Shown one piece after another: positions 1-10,793 of a stretch of 20,949 bases of DNA. Every line of letters begins with the position of its first letter. Within the stretch, counting starts at the first letter, position 1. The notes below the pieces were generated by a model. It was not told the DNA's origin and did not search any database. It worked only from the letters and a program-made list of their open reading frames with translations. Source of the DNA: Ginkgo biloba (lineage: Eukaryota > Plantae > Ginkgophyta); NCBI GenBank assembly GCA_024626585.2, contig JANKJI020000004.1, positions 24,698,533 through 24,719,481 of the forward strand, read 5' to 3'. A program made the position numbers and the translations under genes.

Positions 1-1460
1 TTCCACATGTATTCCCATAATATCTCGGGCCATCTTCAATCAATATAAGTATCTCTACAAAATGAACTAAGTCTTTTGCAGGCCAAACTACGCTGCCACC
101 TTAGAGTAGTGTGCTTCTACAATCAATTGAGTTTGATACCTTCTTTATGGAAAATAAATTATACTAAGTCTATGCAAATATCATCTTTAAGATGATAATA
201 TTCTAGTTTCTCCTCTTGCATCATAATTAGTTATTGCAATGTAGAGTAAATCTTTATAAAGATTTTATCGTCCTTATAAAATTCTTTGAATTCATCAACG
301 TTATTTAATCAATTTTATAAAAGAGCTTGAAGAAGCAATAGGAGGTCTAGAAATAAGGTCAGTAATTTGATTGTTAATAACTTTCTTGGAACTGATAATA
401 ATACTTTATTACTGCAAATAGGTAACTCAATTGAGATGCTTTTTATTTTGCATCTTAGACTAAGTATACAAATGTTGAAGTGGCTTGTGATTAAAGTGTT
501 TAATGGTCATTTTACTAAGTACGTAGAGCATTTAATGCTTTATTGTTTGGATTGGTGTATAGATCTCCTTATCATAATTTTAGTACCCCTATATAACTTC
601 TAAAAGAATTATGAATGATAAGAAATTGGCTTGGATTGTTAGATCAATTCCACTCTTAATACATTCCCTAATGCATCACCTCCAATCTCAAATGGTAATA
701 AAATATTAGGGAATGCCAAAATATAAGCAAAACTTATTTTATGCTTGATCTCCTCAAAATCTCTCTTGTATTTCATCACCTAAATGAATGTTATATTCCC
801 CTTTGTCATAGAATTAAGAGATAAGGCTATGTATATATATCTTGCAATAAAGTTTCTTAGATAATTGGACAAACCATAAAGATTCTAATCTCTCATAGGT
901 TCTTTGGTGTTATCCAATTCAAGATGACTTTAGTTTTAGTAGGATCTTTCTTAAGCCCTATTATGTCTAACTTGAAGCTTAGGTAGATTAATTCCCTCCT
1001 AGAAAAAGAACATTTTTTAAGGTTTTCTTAAAGTTTCTCTTCCTCTAATGCTTTAAGCACTCTTTTCATAGCATTAAGAGATAATGCTATGTCTAAGTAT
1101 CTTACAATAAACTTTCTTATGTAAATAGAAAAACCATGAAGATTCTCATCTCTCATAGGTTCTTTGGTGTTGATCAAGATGAATTTACTTTTGGTATGAT
1201 ATATCTCAAGTCTTACTATATCTACCTTGAAGCTTAGGTAGATCCATTTCCTCATGGAAAAATCATACTTTTTAAGGTTTTCTTGAAGTTTCTCCTCCTT
1301 CAATGTTGCAATCATTATTTTAATATGTTATAAATGTCCCTCTTATGCCTTATTATTAATCAAGATATTATTCAAATAAATGATGATAAGTATGTCTAAA
1401 TATGGTCTGATTATCGCATTTATCGACCTCATAAAGGATGTTGGTGCATTGGTTATCCCA
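1..1460 (-). mobile_element. Decayed Ty3/gypsy LTR-retrotransposon pol (RT core, RT C-terminal part duplicated, RNase H, start of integrase Zn-binding domain)
   Basis: Minus-strand translation through stops and frameshifts gives, in order: GITNAPTSFMRSINAIIRPYLDILIIIYLNNILI (RT; YLDD decayed to YLNN at 1367-1378), LKKCSFSRRELIYL..DP, LAFPNILLPFEIGGDALG..KPISYHS and YDKEIY..HFNHKPLQ (RNase H), TDLISRPP, and IVEAHYSKVAA*FGLQKT..KMARDI (integrase H2C2). The order RT-RH-IN is the gypsy order. Confidence 0.92.
805..1313. repeat. Direct tandem duplication (~260-bp unit, 2 diverged copies) inside the RT coding region
   Basis: Shared anchors: attaagagataa at 813/1073, tctcataggttctttggtgtt at 891/1151, gaagcttaggtagat at 974/1229, and ttttaaggttttctt in both copies. 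Confidence 0.93.
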
Positions 1461-1574
1461 NNNNNNNNNNNNNNNNNNNNNNNNNNNNNNNNNNNNNNNN
1501 NNNNNNNNNNNNNNNNNNNNNNNNNNNNNNNNNNNNNNNNNNNNNNNNNNNNNNNNNNNNAAACTAACCACTAG

Positions 1575-1860
1575 TTTCAAGCATGAGATAGAGTATGGTT
1601 GAACTTACCTAAGAAGAAATCTTAGGGAGGAAAATTAAAAATGAATCCCATTAGGGATGGCGTATTTTCCATTTTATAGAAAGTGGGAAAGAATGTTATA
1701 AAGTAAAGAGGGGTATCTAGTGAAGGTTCTATAATGTTGTATAAAATTGGTTAAAAAGCGTAGTTACATGGCTCACAAAAGAGAACATGAGAAAGGAATA
1801 TTCTAAACTCGTTAATAAGATGATGAAGACCACCATCCTTAAATGAGGGAGGCCTAATCT
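1575..1860 (+). mobile_element. Plus-strand 3' end of a gypsy pol (integrase C-terminal GPY/F region) followed by a polypurine-tract-like sequence
   Basis: FQA*DRVWLNLPKKKS*GGKLKMNPIRDGVFSIL*KVGKNVIK resembles the FxVGDxVWL...KLKPxRYGPFxILxKxGxNA consensus. Purine run aaatgagggagg at ~1841-1852. Confidence 0.75.
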
Positions 1861-1899
1861 AGGTTAGATCTATAGAAGAAGGAGAATTATCATCTTTAA

Positions 1900-2510
1900 T
1901 TTCATAGTGAAAGGAAACTAATAACCTTAAGAAAAATACACAATATTAGTCTCATAATAAATCATATTTGACTGCCAAGTCTAGGACATAATTATCAACA
2001 GGGTCCAAGGAGAAGCATACCTTGATAGGATTTTAGGGACAATGCCAATTTGTCGTTTAAAATCTTGCAATCCTTTGATTTTCGCTAAGGAAAGAGCATG
2101 GAAGAGAAAGGTGTCCAAGTCACACATCCTTATACAATTATAACAAGTTGCAACATCTGCAACATTTTTTAATAACTTAGTGAATGAATTCCTTAGGTGA
2201 TCTATCCATTGCCATGATGCAAGCTAATTTTGAGAGCTTGATTGAACTAGAAATAATTTATAATAGGGTTTTAGATTCCATTAGATAATTAATGAAAGCA
2301 TGCTTCTATAGGAGGGATAATTCATCCATGCTTAACAAAAAATAAAGTTAAATCCTGAGCACAACATTTTGTAAAGTTATAGGCTATTGTCAAAATAATA
2401 GAAGGATATAATATGATAAGCGAATGTGACATAATAAAGGACTCTAATTAATGGATTAGGTTCATCCATTGATATCAATGATGTAGGATGAATTATAAAG
2501 TCATGCCAAA
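1900..2510 (-). mobile_element. Very decayed gypsy integrase core and C-terminus
   Basis: Weak motifs on the minus strand: NSSYIIDING*T*SIN (cf. SSAYHPQTDGQTERVN), IAYN (cf. EFAYN) and PKILSRYASPW (cf. KLSPRYxGPF), in the expected order. Confidence 0.45.
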
Positions 2511-2545
2511 TTATAAAAGTACAAAGCACTCCAATATAACAAATG

Positions 2546-2557
2546 GCTCTAATACCA
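2546..2557 (-). promoter_or_regulatory. Possible tRNA-iMet primer-binding site remnant
   Basis: Minus strand reads TGGTATTAGAGC, an 11/12 match to the canonical PBS TGGTATCAGAGC, with a CA three bases upstream. No adjacent LTR is recognisable. Confidence 0.35.
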
Positions 2558-2599
2558 TATTGGAATGTTTAAATAATAATTACAACCTAACAAAAGCCA

Positions 2600-3830
2600 T
2601 ATTGTAGAGCATAAGTCAAATATGAGATATTGAAGAAACTCTGAATAAACTAAATTAATATATGGTACCCAACTTATAGATATATATTGGCACCAGGAAC
2701 TATTTTATACTGGGAACAATTCATACAATCAACAATACATCTCCAATACATTGATGGATGTCCTTCATTCTCATACCACTTTAATCTTCATGGGATATAC
2801 TACAGTCTCCTCTGTAGATAGTGCATGTCGTAAATACTCTATTTCATCTTTATAGAACTTACATTTGGACAATTTAGCATATAACCTTTCTTGTTTGAGT
2901 ACTTCCAATACTTGGCGTAGATGCTCTTTATGTTCCTTTTCGTTCTTACTATAAATCACGATGTCATCAATGAACACTGCCACAAAATTACCCAAGAAAG
3001 GTCTAAATATGGNNNNNNNNNNNNNNNNNNNNNNNNNNNNNNNNNNNNNNNNNNNNNNNNNNNNNNNNTGACCATCCTATGTATTGAATACCATTTTCTC
3101 TATATCTTCTAGATGAATCCTGATTTCATTCTATTTACTCCTTAAGTCCATTTTTGAGAATATGGTTTCTCCCTTCATTATATCAAGAAGATCATCAATT
3201 CTTAGGAGTAGATGCTTCTCTTTTATAGTCACTTTGTTCAAGATTAAGTAATCTACACGCATTCTCATGGAACCATCCTTTTTCTTCAGTAATAATACTG
3301 ATTCTCCAAAAGGGGATTTGGACGGTCATATAAAACCTTGTTCTAACAAATTCTATATAAGTATTTCCACCTCTTCTTTCTCAACATGACTAAGCCAAAA
3401 AGTTATTCTATAGGTGGGTCTTGCACCTAATTCAATATTTATTTGGTGATCCATATTTCTCTCCTTTAGTAGGGACTTAGGTAGCTCATCTAAAAAGACA
3501 TCATCATACTCCTCAATAATGAGGATACCTCCTTTGGTAACTCCTTGCCCTTATTTTCTATTAGAGGGGTTTATTTAATAAATACCCTAAGTGCTTTATT
3601 GTTGATCTTGTAAGATACTCTCTTGATTTGTGTTACTAAGATCAAGGGTGTTTGTCTTGAGTCCTTATCTCAATGCAAATTATTCTTCTGTCTCTTGTGG
3701 AAATGAAGAATACGGTCTCTAGGTAATATATGGATATCATATTACCATAAACACTTTTATCCCAATATGGAATCATACCTCCCTATCTTCATAATGTTGA
3801 AATCAATATGATCTTCATATTCTTGGATAC
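2600..3830 (-). mobile_element. Second decayed Ty3/gypsy pol (end of protease plus reverse transcriptase)
   Basis: Minus strand: DSILG (cf. DVILG), [82 protein letters not shown] 2771-2995 gives VFIDDIVIYSKNEKEHKEHLRQVLEVLKQERLYAKLSKC, which includes the catalytic FIDD motif. Confidence 0.95.
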
Positions 3831-5632
3831 TTNNNNNNNNNNNNNNNNNNNNNNNNNNNNNNNNNNNNNNNNNNNNNNNNNNNNNNNNNNNNNNNNNNNN
3901 NNNNNNNNNNNNNNNNNNNNNNNNNNNNNNNNNNNNNNNNNNNNNNNNNNNNNNCTAATTATGACCATTATCAACTAGAATGGTTGTCTCATAACCATTG
4001 ATATTCCCCTTAATAACAAATAATTCTACATCATGGAATTTTAAAAAATTCTTAAGTCTCACTTAGTAACATTATAGACCTTTTTCGCATGTAGTAATGT
4101 GTTTTAGACCATAGAAAGGGGTTGATTTATACACGAATGAGTAAATTATTTTAACCTAAATCCATAATGGATTGGTACATATTCACCCCCAAAAGAGATG
4201 GAGACTAGCCTTAGGATGACCACACAAAGGGAAATGAACTCTATCACTTCCTATATTGTAAAGTCTATATTTTATTACAAGTAATTAGTACATTATATAC
4301 TAAAATGATATCAGATTTTGGTATCTAATATATCCTTCCATAGTCTTTCACATCTCTTGAGTTAGATCCCTGCAAAATATGAGTAGTTCCACTTTGAATC
4401 AATTCTAAATGATAGACCTAGTCTTGATCTAAATATGGAATATATATGTAAAACAAAAATATTAACCAAATCCTTTTATACATTCTATTACTATTCCTTC
4501 AACCATTCTTTATGATAGTTTTCTACTATTTAGATAATAAATTAGTTTAAGATAAGAGAGAATACCATATATAAGACTATTTTTTCCTAATTACCAAGTA
4601 TAAAATCCTCGTTGAGACTTTCCTATGTACTCTATTTATTATCCTCATTTAGTATCTAAACATCTTCAATTTAGGAATGGATTACATATTCCCCAAGAAT
4701 TCCATATTCTTTTAAATACTATTTGAACACTCGTATACTAACCTTGGTAAGAGTTAAGAGAAAGGACTATAGGGATACCCATTTNNNNNNNNNNNNNNNN
4801 NNNNNNNNNNNNNNNNNNNNNNNNNNNNNNNNNNNNNNNNNNNNNNNNNNNNNNNNNNNNNNNNNNNNNNNNNNNNNNNNNNNNNNNNNNNNNNNNNNNN
4901 NNNNNNNNNNNNNNNNNNNNNNNNNNNNNNNNNNNNNNNNNNNNNNNNNNNNNNNNNNNNNNNNNNNNNNNNNNNNNNNNNNNNNNNNNNNNNNNNNNNN
5001 NNNNNNNNNNNNNNNNNNNNNNNNNNNNNNNNNNNNNNNNNNNNNNNNNNNNNNNNNNNNNNNNNNNNNNNNNNNNNNNNNNNNNNNNNNNNNNNNNNNN
5101 NNNNNNNNNNNNNNNNNNNNNNNNNNNNNNNNNNNNNNNNNNNNNNNNNNNNNNNNNNNNNNNNNNNNNNNNNNNNNNNNNNNNNNNNNNNNNNNNNNNN
5201 NNNNNNNNNNNNNNNNNNNNNNNNNNNNNNNNNNNNNNNNNNNNNNNNNNNNNNNNNNNNNNNNNNNNNNNNNNNNNNNNNNNNNNNNNNNNNNNNNNNN
5301 NNNNNNNNNNNNNNNNNNNNNNNNNNNNNNNNNNNNNNNNNNNNNNNNNNNNNNNNNNNNNNNNNNNNNNNNNNNNNNNNNNNNNNNNNNNNNNNNNNNN
5401 NNNNNNNNNNNNNNNNNNNNNNNNNNNNNNNNNNNNNNNNNNNNNNNNNNNNNNNNNNNNNNNNNNNNNNNNNNNNNNNNNNNNNNNNNNNNNNNNNNNN
5501 NNNNNNNNNNNNNNNNNNNNNNNNNNNNNNNNNNNNNNNNNNNNNNNNNNNNNNNNNNNNNNNNNNNNNNNNNNNNNNNNNNNNNNNNNNNNNNNNNNNN
5601 NNNNNNNNNNNNNNNNNNNNNNNNNNNNNNNN

Positions 5633-6630
5633 GTTATTTTATAGAGGAGTATTGTTGTAGCAGTTTTATTATACATGCCCCATCTTTACTAGTGTTGATT
5701 CTAAGTGAGGTTATTGTGTGTGTAACGTTGTGCACTCTGATAATTTCTATATAAATAATTGTAATAAACTTAATCATAATGAAGGAATTAAAGATATACT
5801 TATGTCACTTATATAACTATGCATACTCCAAGGTTAGATTTCTAGAGTTAGGGATTGATGGTGAGCAATACACTCCCACTATTGGCCATGAGGACCCCTA
5901 GAGGGATTTACCATAACTACCAACAAAACCTCATGTGCCAAAAAGTCTCTCAATCATACCCTCCGCATTTGGGTCCACCCTTACAACTTGAAAGAGTGTC
6001 AAGGCCTTAGGCTCTAAGCTCTCATTTTAGGCACGATGATCCTCTCTCTTTGGTACTGAGAAAGCCCCTCAAATAGTTTAATTAGACTATACATAATATA
6101 GTTACGATCAATTAGGATATTGAGTTCCCATTGTGTTTGTTAACACAAACCACAACATTGAAATCTCCCTCAGAGTTCTTGGGTTGCTAGTCCCACTCTA
6201 GTTGTNNNNNNNNNNNNNNNNNNNNNNNNAGTACTAACCCAAGAAGGTTTTATACATATAATATCCTCAGATTGGTTATTATGCACCTATATGCTATTAT
6301 AAATAGGGTTCTAGGGTATTCATTCACAAGACCATACATAGTCTAAGACACTTACAACCTAACTCATCATAATGATAATACACCTACTCAAAATGCATAT
6401 AAATTCCCTATGACTTAGGGCACAATGCTATCATAGGTATAAATATAACAATCTAGAGCATACACACCNNNNNNNNNNNNNNNNNNNNNNNNNNNNNNNN
6501 NNNNNNNNNNNAAGCGTATAAATAACACTATAGTAGAATAAATTAACATAAATAAATAAAAGAGAACATACCTTTCTAGGGTACTTACCTTGGTGTTCTT
6601 CTTTCCTTAAGTGATGTAAGAAATTGCCTT
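5633..6630 (-). mobile_element. Probable LTR or non-coding retrotransposon remnant
   Basis: Non-coding and interrupted by masked runs. It lies upstream of the minus-strand pol, and a donor-like AGGTAAGTAC on the minus strand (~6582-6591) is of a kind often seen in plant gypsy LTRs. Termini were not identified. Confidence 0.3.
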
Positions 6631-6646
6631 AGCAAAAACATCTATA

Positions 6647-6721
6647 CTATATTACTAAAAAAAAAGGCTTCTCTCTCCTGTCCATGATAGGAGAGAGAAA
6701 TCTCTCTTTTTAGTAATATAG
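6647..6721. repeat. Inverted repeat / 75-bp hairpin
   Basis: ctatattactaaaaa (6647-6661) pairs perfectly with tttttagtaatatag (6707-6721). ttctctctcct (6669-6679) pairs with aggagagagaa (6689-6699). The loop is 9 nt. Confidence 0.9.
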
Positions 6722-8895
6722 AGCGATGGTAGAGAGAGAGGCCACCCTTTCCACCCCCAAGACCACCCCCAAGAGGGGGTGCAAGAAGTAAATGAGAGCA
6801 CGTGCCCTCATTTACTCCCTGTACCCCCTCTCAGGGGCAAAAAGGATGGCAGAGAGGGAAGGGTAGGGGCCTATGCACAGGCAACAAGGGACGCGGGATG
6901 GGGAGCGAGGAGTGGAGGATGGGGGCGCGCCCGNNNNNNNNNNNNNNNNNNNNNNNNNNNNNNNNNNNNNNNNNNNNNNNNNNNNNNNNNNNNNNNNNNN
7001 NNNNNNNNNNNNNNNNNNNNNNNNNNNNNNNNNNNNNNNNNNNNNNNNNNNNNNNNNNNNNNNNNNNNNNNNNNNNNNNNNNNNNNNNNNNNNNNNNNNN
7101 NNNNNNNNNNNNNNNNNNNNNNNNNNNNNNNNNNNNNNNNNNNNNNNNNNNNNNNNNNNNNNNNNNNNNNNNNNNNNNNNNNNNNNNNNNNNNNNNNNNN
7201 NNNNNNNNNNNNNNNNNNNNNNNNNNNNNNNNNNNNNNNNNNNNNNNNNNNNNNNNNNNNNNNNNNNNNNNNNNNNNNNNNNNNNNNNNNNNNNNNNNNN
7301 NNNNNNNNNNNNNNNNNNNNNNNNNNNNNNNNNNNNNNNNNNNNNNNNNNNNNNNNNNNNNNNNNNNNNNNNNNNNNNNNNNNNNNNNNNNNNNNNNNNN
7401 NNNNNNNNNNNNNNNNNNNNNNNNNNNNNNNNNNNNNNNNNNNNNNNNNNNNNNNNNNNNNNNNNNNNNNNNNNNNNNNNNNNNNNNNNNNNNNNNNNNN
7501 NNNNNNNNNNNNNNNNNNNNNNNNNNNNNNNNNCCCCTTGGATGGATGGAATTAGGGTTTAAGTTAGGTGGATTCGAGGCCATGACAAGGTTGACAGGTG
7601 AGGTTATAGGGTTGGCTCGTATGTTGCTTCAATAATGTCTCAGGTTTTACAACTTTCTTTTATTTCTCCCCAAGTTCTTATCAACTTCGAGCTTATCGGG
7701 GATACCTAAATGAATTTTTATGTAGGGGGACCCACCTCCCCCCTATCTTCTCAAAGTTTTAATAGTCCAACCTTGAGTGGTAGAGCAAATACAGTTGGAG
7801 CAGGGGAAACCAAACCTAGATTATTCAAACCGACATTTCTCAAGAAAAGTGTAAGTAACTCATCTCTTAAGGTTATTCCTTTAGTTACTAAGCATGAACT
7901 AGATATACTCAGACAATGCACCCTTATTTGTAAGTTTTCCAACATTTGACCAGCTCCCAAGGTTTTCCTTGCATGGGTTCAGAACAATTTGAGATGACAC
8001 ATTCAAGGTAATATTAAACCATCAATATGCAAGAGGGGTTTCTTTATTGTAATTTTTAAAAATAGTGAAGACCAAGATATCATTTTTGGCAAGGGCCCAT
8101 GGTTCTCTAGTTCTTCAGATTGTATATGAACCATTGGTATGAAAAATTTTGACCCTACAGAGGAAATACCTATGAGATTTCTGGTATAGATTAGACTTCA
8201 AATCCTTCCTTAGTATTTATGGAATGAGGAAGTCATGAAAGATATGGGAAATAAAATTGGAGAGTTCACAAAAATCTCTAAGAGATCTAAGTTAAAACTT
8301 ATGGCAGACTATGATTGGATATGCATGAAAGTAAATCTAGAAGAGGGTCTTCCGAATGCAATTCTTTTAGAGATCAATGATTCTCTAGATTTCAATCAAA
8401 ATCTTCATTATGAAATCCTCCCATTCCACTACAATAAATGCCACGAATATGGCCATTTTATGAGAAAGAGTACTACAAATCCAATGGCGCAAGAGTCGTA
8501 GGACAATCCCACTAAAGAAGGTCTTAATTAGGTTAGTACAAGGCAAAGGAAGAGGACTAGAAAAAACTAAGAGCAAGCAACAACCCAAAATAGGTATGAG
8601 GCATTACTCCAAGTTGATAACTTTAATATCAATACAATCTTTACAGTGGGGGATATGCCAATGGAGGAAAATTAGAATGTAGGAGAGGAGACATGGAAAA
8701 TCAATGAATCAAAAGACTCTATTCAAGAGAACAAAACTGAAGCTCAAAACTTAAGCACATCATTAGATGAGATGTTGGTTGAAATGGACACAGTCAAACG
8801 ATAGTTTTTCCTTGAGGCAACTAATGCTCCAAATATAGATCCATCTCATAAGGATGTGAATTATACATAGTGGTTTTATAATTGAAGAATTCAAT
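6722..8895 (+). mobile_element. L1-clade LINE, 5' part: GC-rich leader and decayed ORF1 (DUF4283-type domain + CX2CX4HX4C zinc knuckle)
   Basis: CTLICKFSNI*PAPKVFLAWVQNN..KRGFFIVIFKNSEDQDIIFGKGPWF..YMNHW..FDP..IRLQILP*YLWNEEVMKDMGNKIGEF..WICMKVNLEEGLPNAILL..QNLHYEILPFHYNKCHEYGHF. The 5' boundary is approximate because it is partly masked. Confidence 0.9.
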
Positions 8896-9482
8896 TGTTA
8901 AGAAGCCGCCAACTATTGGTTGGCAAGTGTATGATCGGTTGGGTTGCTTGGGTGACTCATTCAGGTGTTTTTGTCGCCATGTGTAGGACCTATTGAGTTG
9001 CTTGGGTGATTCATTTCATTGACTAGGTGATTCACTTTATATTCCTTTAGCATGTTTTGAATGTACTTTATGTATATATATTACCTTTTATTAATGAAAT
9101 GGGATGGACATCTTTTCCTCTTAATATTCCCTGTCCACTTAATTATCGTTGACTGCTTTTCTGACATTTAAGTCATTTTCTCTGTTTTTGTTACTTCTTG
9201 TGAGATATTGTTGCACTGCTCTTTTTTTTTTTTGCTAACTGCCTGTCAGCGAACGGACAATGGACAGTCAGTGAACGGCCTAAACGCTATGAGCGAGCGA
9301 GTTATAGACTATGGACGAATGAGATAAAGCGCTTCAACGAACAGTACAGAGGATCCAGCGAATGGCACATAAGATCTAGCAAACAGTACACAGGGGCCAG
9401 TGAATGGTCCACAAGAACTGACGAACACCGTTGTTACACGATTGTACAACCACTGTCTACTGTCATCTGTGGCTTTCTAACA
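8896..9482. mobile_element. LTR-like repeat, copy 1 (587 bp)
   Basis: Starts TGTTAAGAAGCC and ends GGCTTTCTAACA (TG...CA with an imperfect terminal inverted repeat). Colinear with 12492-13095 through caagtgtatgatcggttggg, ttttctgacatttaagt, ttgctaactg, aagaactga and tgtcatct..taaca. Confidence 0.8.
9247..9430 (+). repeat. Degenerate 21-22-bp tandem array within the LTR (core CARYGAAYGG)
   Basis: Cores at 9247, 9269, 9291, 9313, 9335, 9356, 9377, 9398 and ~9419. Confidence 0.85.
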
Positions 9483-10409
9483 ATCAATTCAAAGTATGCC
9501 ACTTTATGCCTCTATCAACAGGTCTCCTTCTGCTTCCACTAGTAGTATTTTATAGTGTTTGTTCATGGACGCTAACAGTAGAGGGTTTAAGTAGCTTTCT
9601 GGCCTTAGTAATATCTGTAGTAGATTGGAACATCGCTGTCTGCTGATATGGTTTGACTAGCTTTCCACCTTGGAGACAAAAGCTCTCTGTCTGTTAAAAA
9701 CAGTTAAACCAGTGCTGCAAGTGTCCTCCATGACAAATTCATGTCAAATTTAACCATTTGGACTTAAAAACTACAAAAATAAAACATAAACAAATGGTAA
9801 TCCGACCCTTACAAACTTGTGAAGAAGAAAGCAGAGAGAACATCAAGATAAAATACCGAGCTACATAAACGGCCGGTATACGATGGANNNNNNNNNNNNN
9901 NNNNNNNNNNNNNNNNNNNNNNNNNNNNNNNNNNNNAAAAAACGCCATAAATGTAATGACAAAAATGGGATGTTTCCACGCAAATAGGTCATTTCTGCAC
10001 AAGCAATCTGTTACCTCACAAGTTGGGGATTTATGCTCAGAAGAGGGTGCTTAGATATATGTATCCCTGATAATTTGTGAACAATGTAATTATGGGGAAA
10101 CAAATAGCAAAAGCAATGCCTCAAGCCCTGCTTAACATCGTGCAATCAGATTTAATCATTTGGCAACGAAATTACACCAAAAAGTAAAGGCACAAAAAAA
10201 AAACGTGAGCCTGGAAACTAATGCAGCAATGAAAAGAGCAGTTATATGCCGACATCTATAAGCGCCTGCTATACAGTAGATCTGGAAGGTTGATGCAAGC
10301 AAATTATCATTGAAAGGCACATACTTTGGCCTTCCATTTATAGTCCCAGAGATACATGAAAAACACCAGTTGAATTTTTTTTTTTTAGTTAAGGCCAAGC
10401 ATGATTTTT

Positions 10410-10778
10410 CTACACAAACGAGTTGGTTCTCCACAAATGAGTGATTTCGACAGAGGGAGAGTAAATTAATTCTGAATGGGATCTTTCCATAGAATAAAGA
10501 AATTATTTCAAAAGTGCCCAATATGAATACGAAAAAAATGAGATATTTCTATCGTAATGGGTGAAGGACATTGCTATACAAACGAGTGATCTATACACAA
10601 ATGGGTTATTTCTTCACTAGTGACACATTTTCATAACAATAACGGGCCCTCTTTGGTCTTCACAAGCGAGCTATTTCAATTCAGAATAAGTGATGTTTCT
10701 ACACAAATGGATGGCTTCAACATAAATTATGCGCTGCTTCTACAGGAAACAAACGGGTCACCCCTTCACAAGTGTGAC
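10410..10778 (+). repeat. Degenerate CACAAAYGRG motif cluster, locally at ~19-bp spacing
   Basis: Motif variants at 10413, 10432, 10577, 10596, 10615, 10661, 10702, 10749 and 10767. Confidence 0.65.
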
Positions 10779-10793
10779 ATAATGAAGAAAACA

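Noticed and set aside
367-603. 78-aa plus-strand ORF
   Set aside because: Antisense shadow of the gypsy RNase H region.
4723-7635. Long ORFs of 229-343 aa in the ORF track (also 18495-19376)
   Set aside because: They are open only because they run through N stretches; there is no coding evidence in the visible part.
9247-9430. CRISPR-like repeat/spacer appearance
   Set aside because: Cores are only ~10 bp and degenerate, spacers are ~11 bp, there are no cas genes, and the context is a eukaryotic LTR.
9431-10521. Short hydrophobic ORFs (9431-9646, 9739-10002, 10156-10521)
   Set aside because: Non-ATG starts and low-complexity translations of non-coding internal TE sequence.
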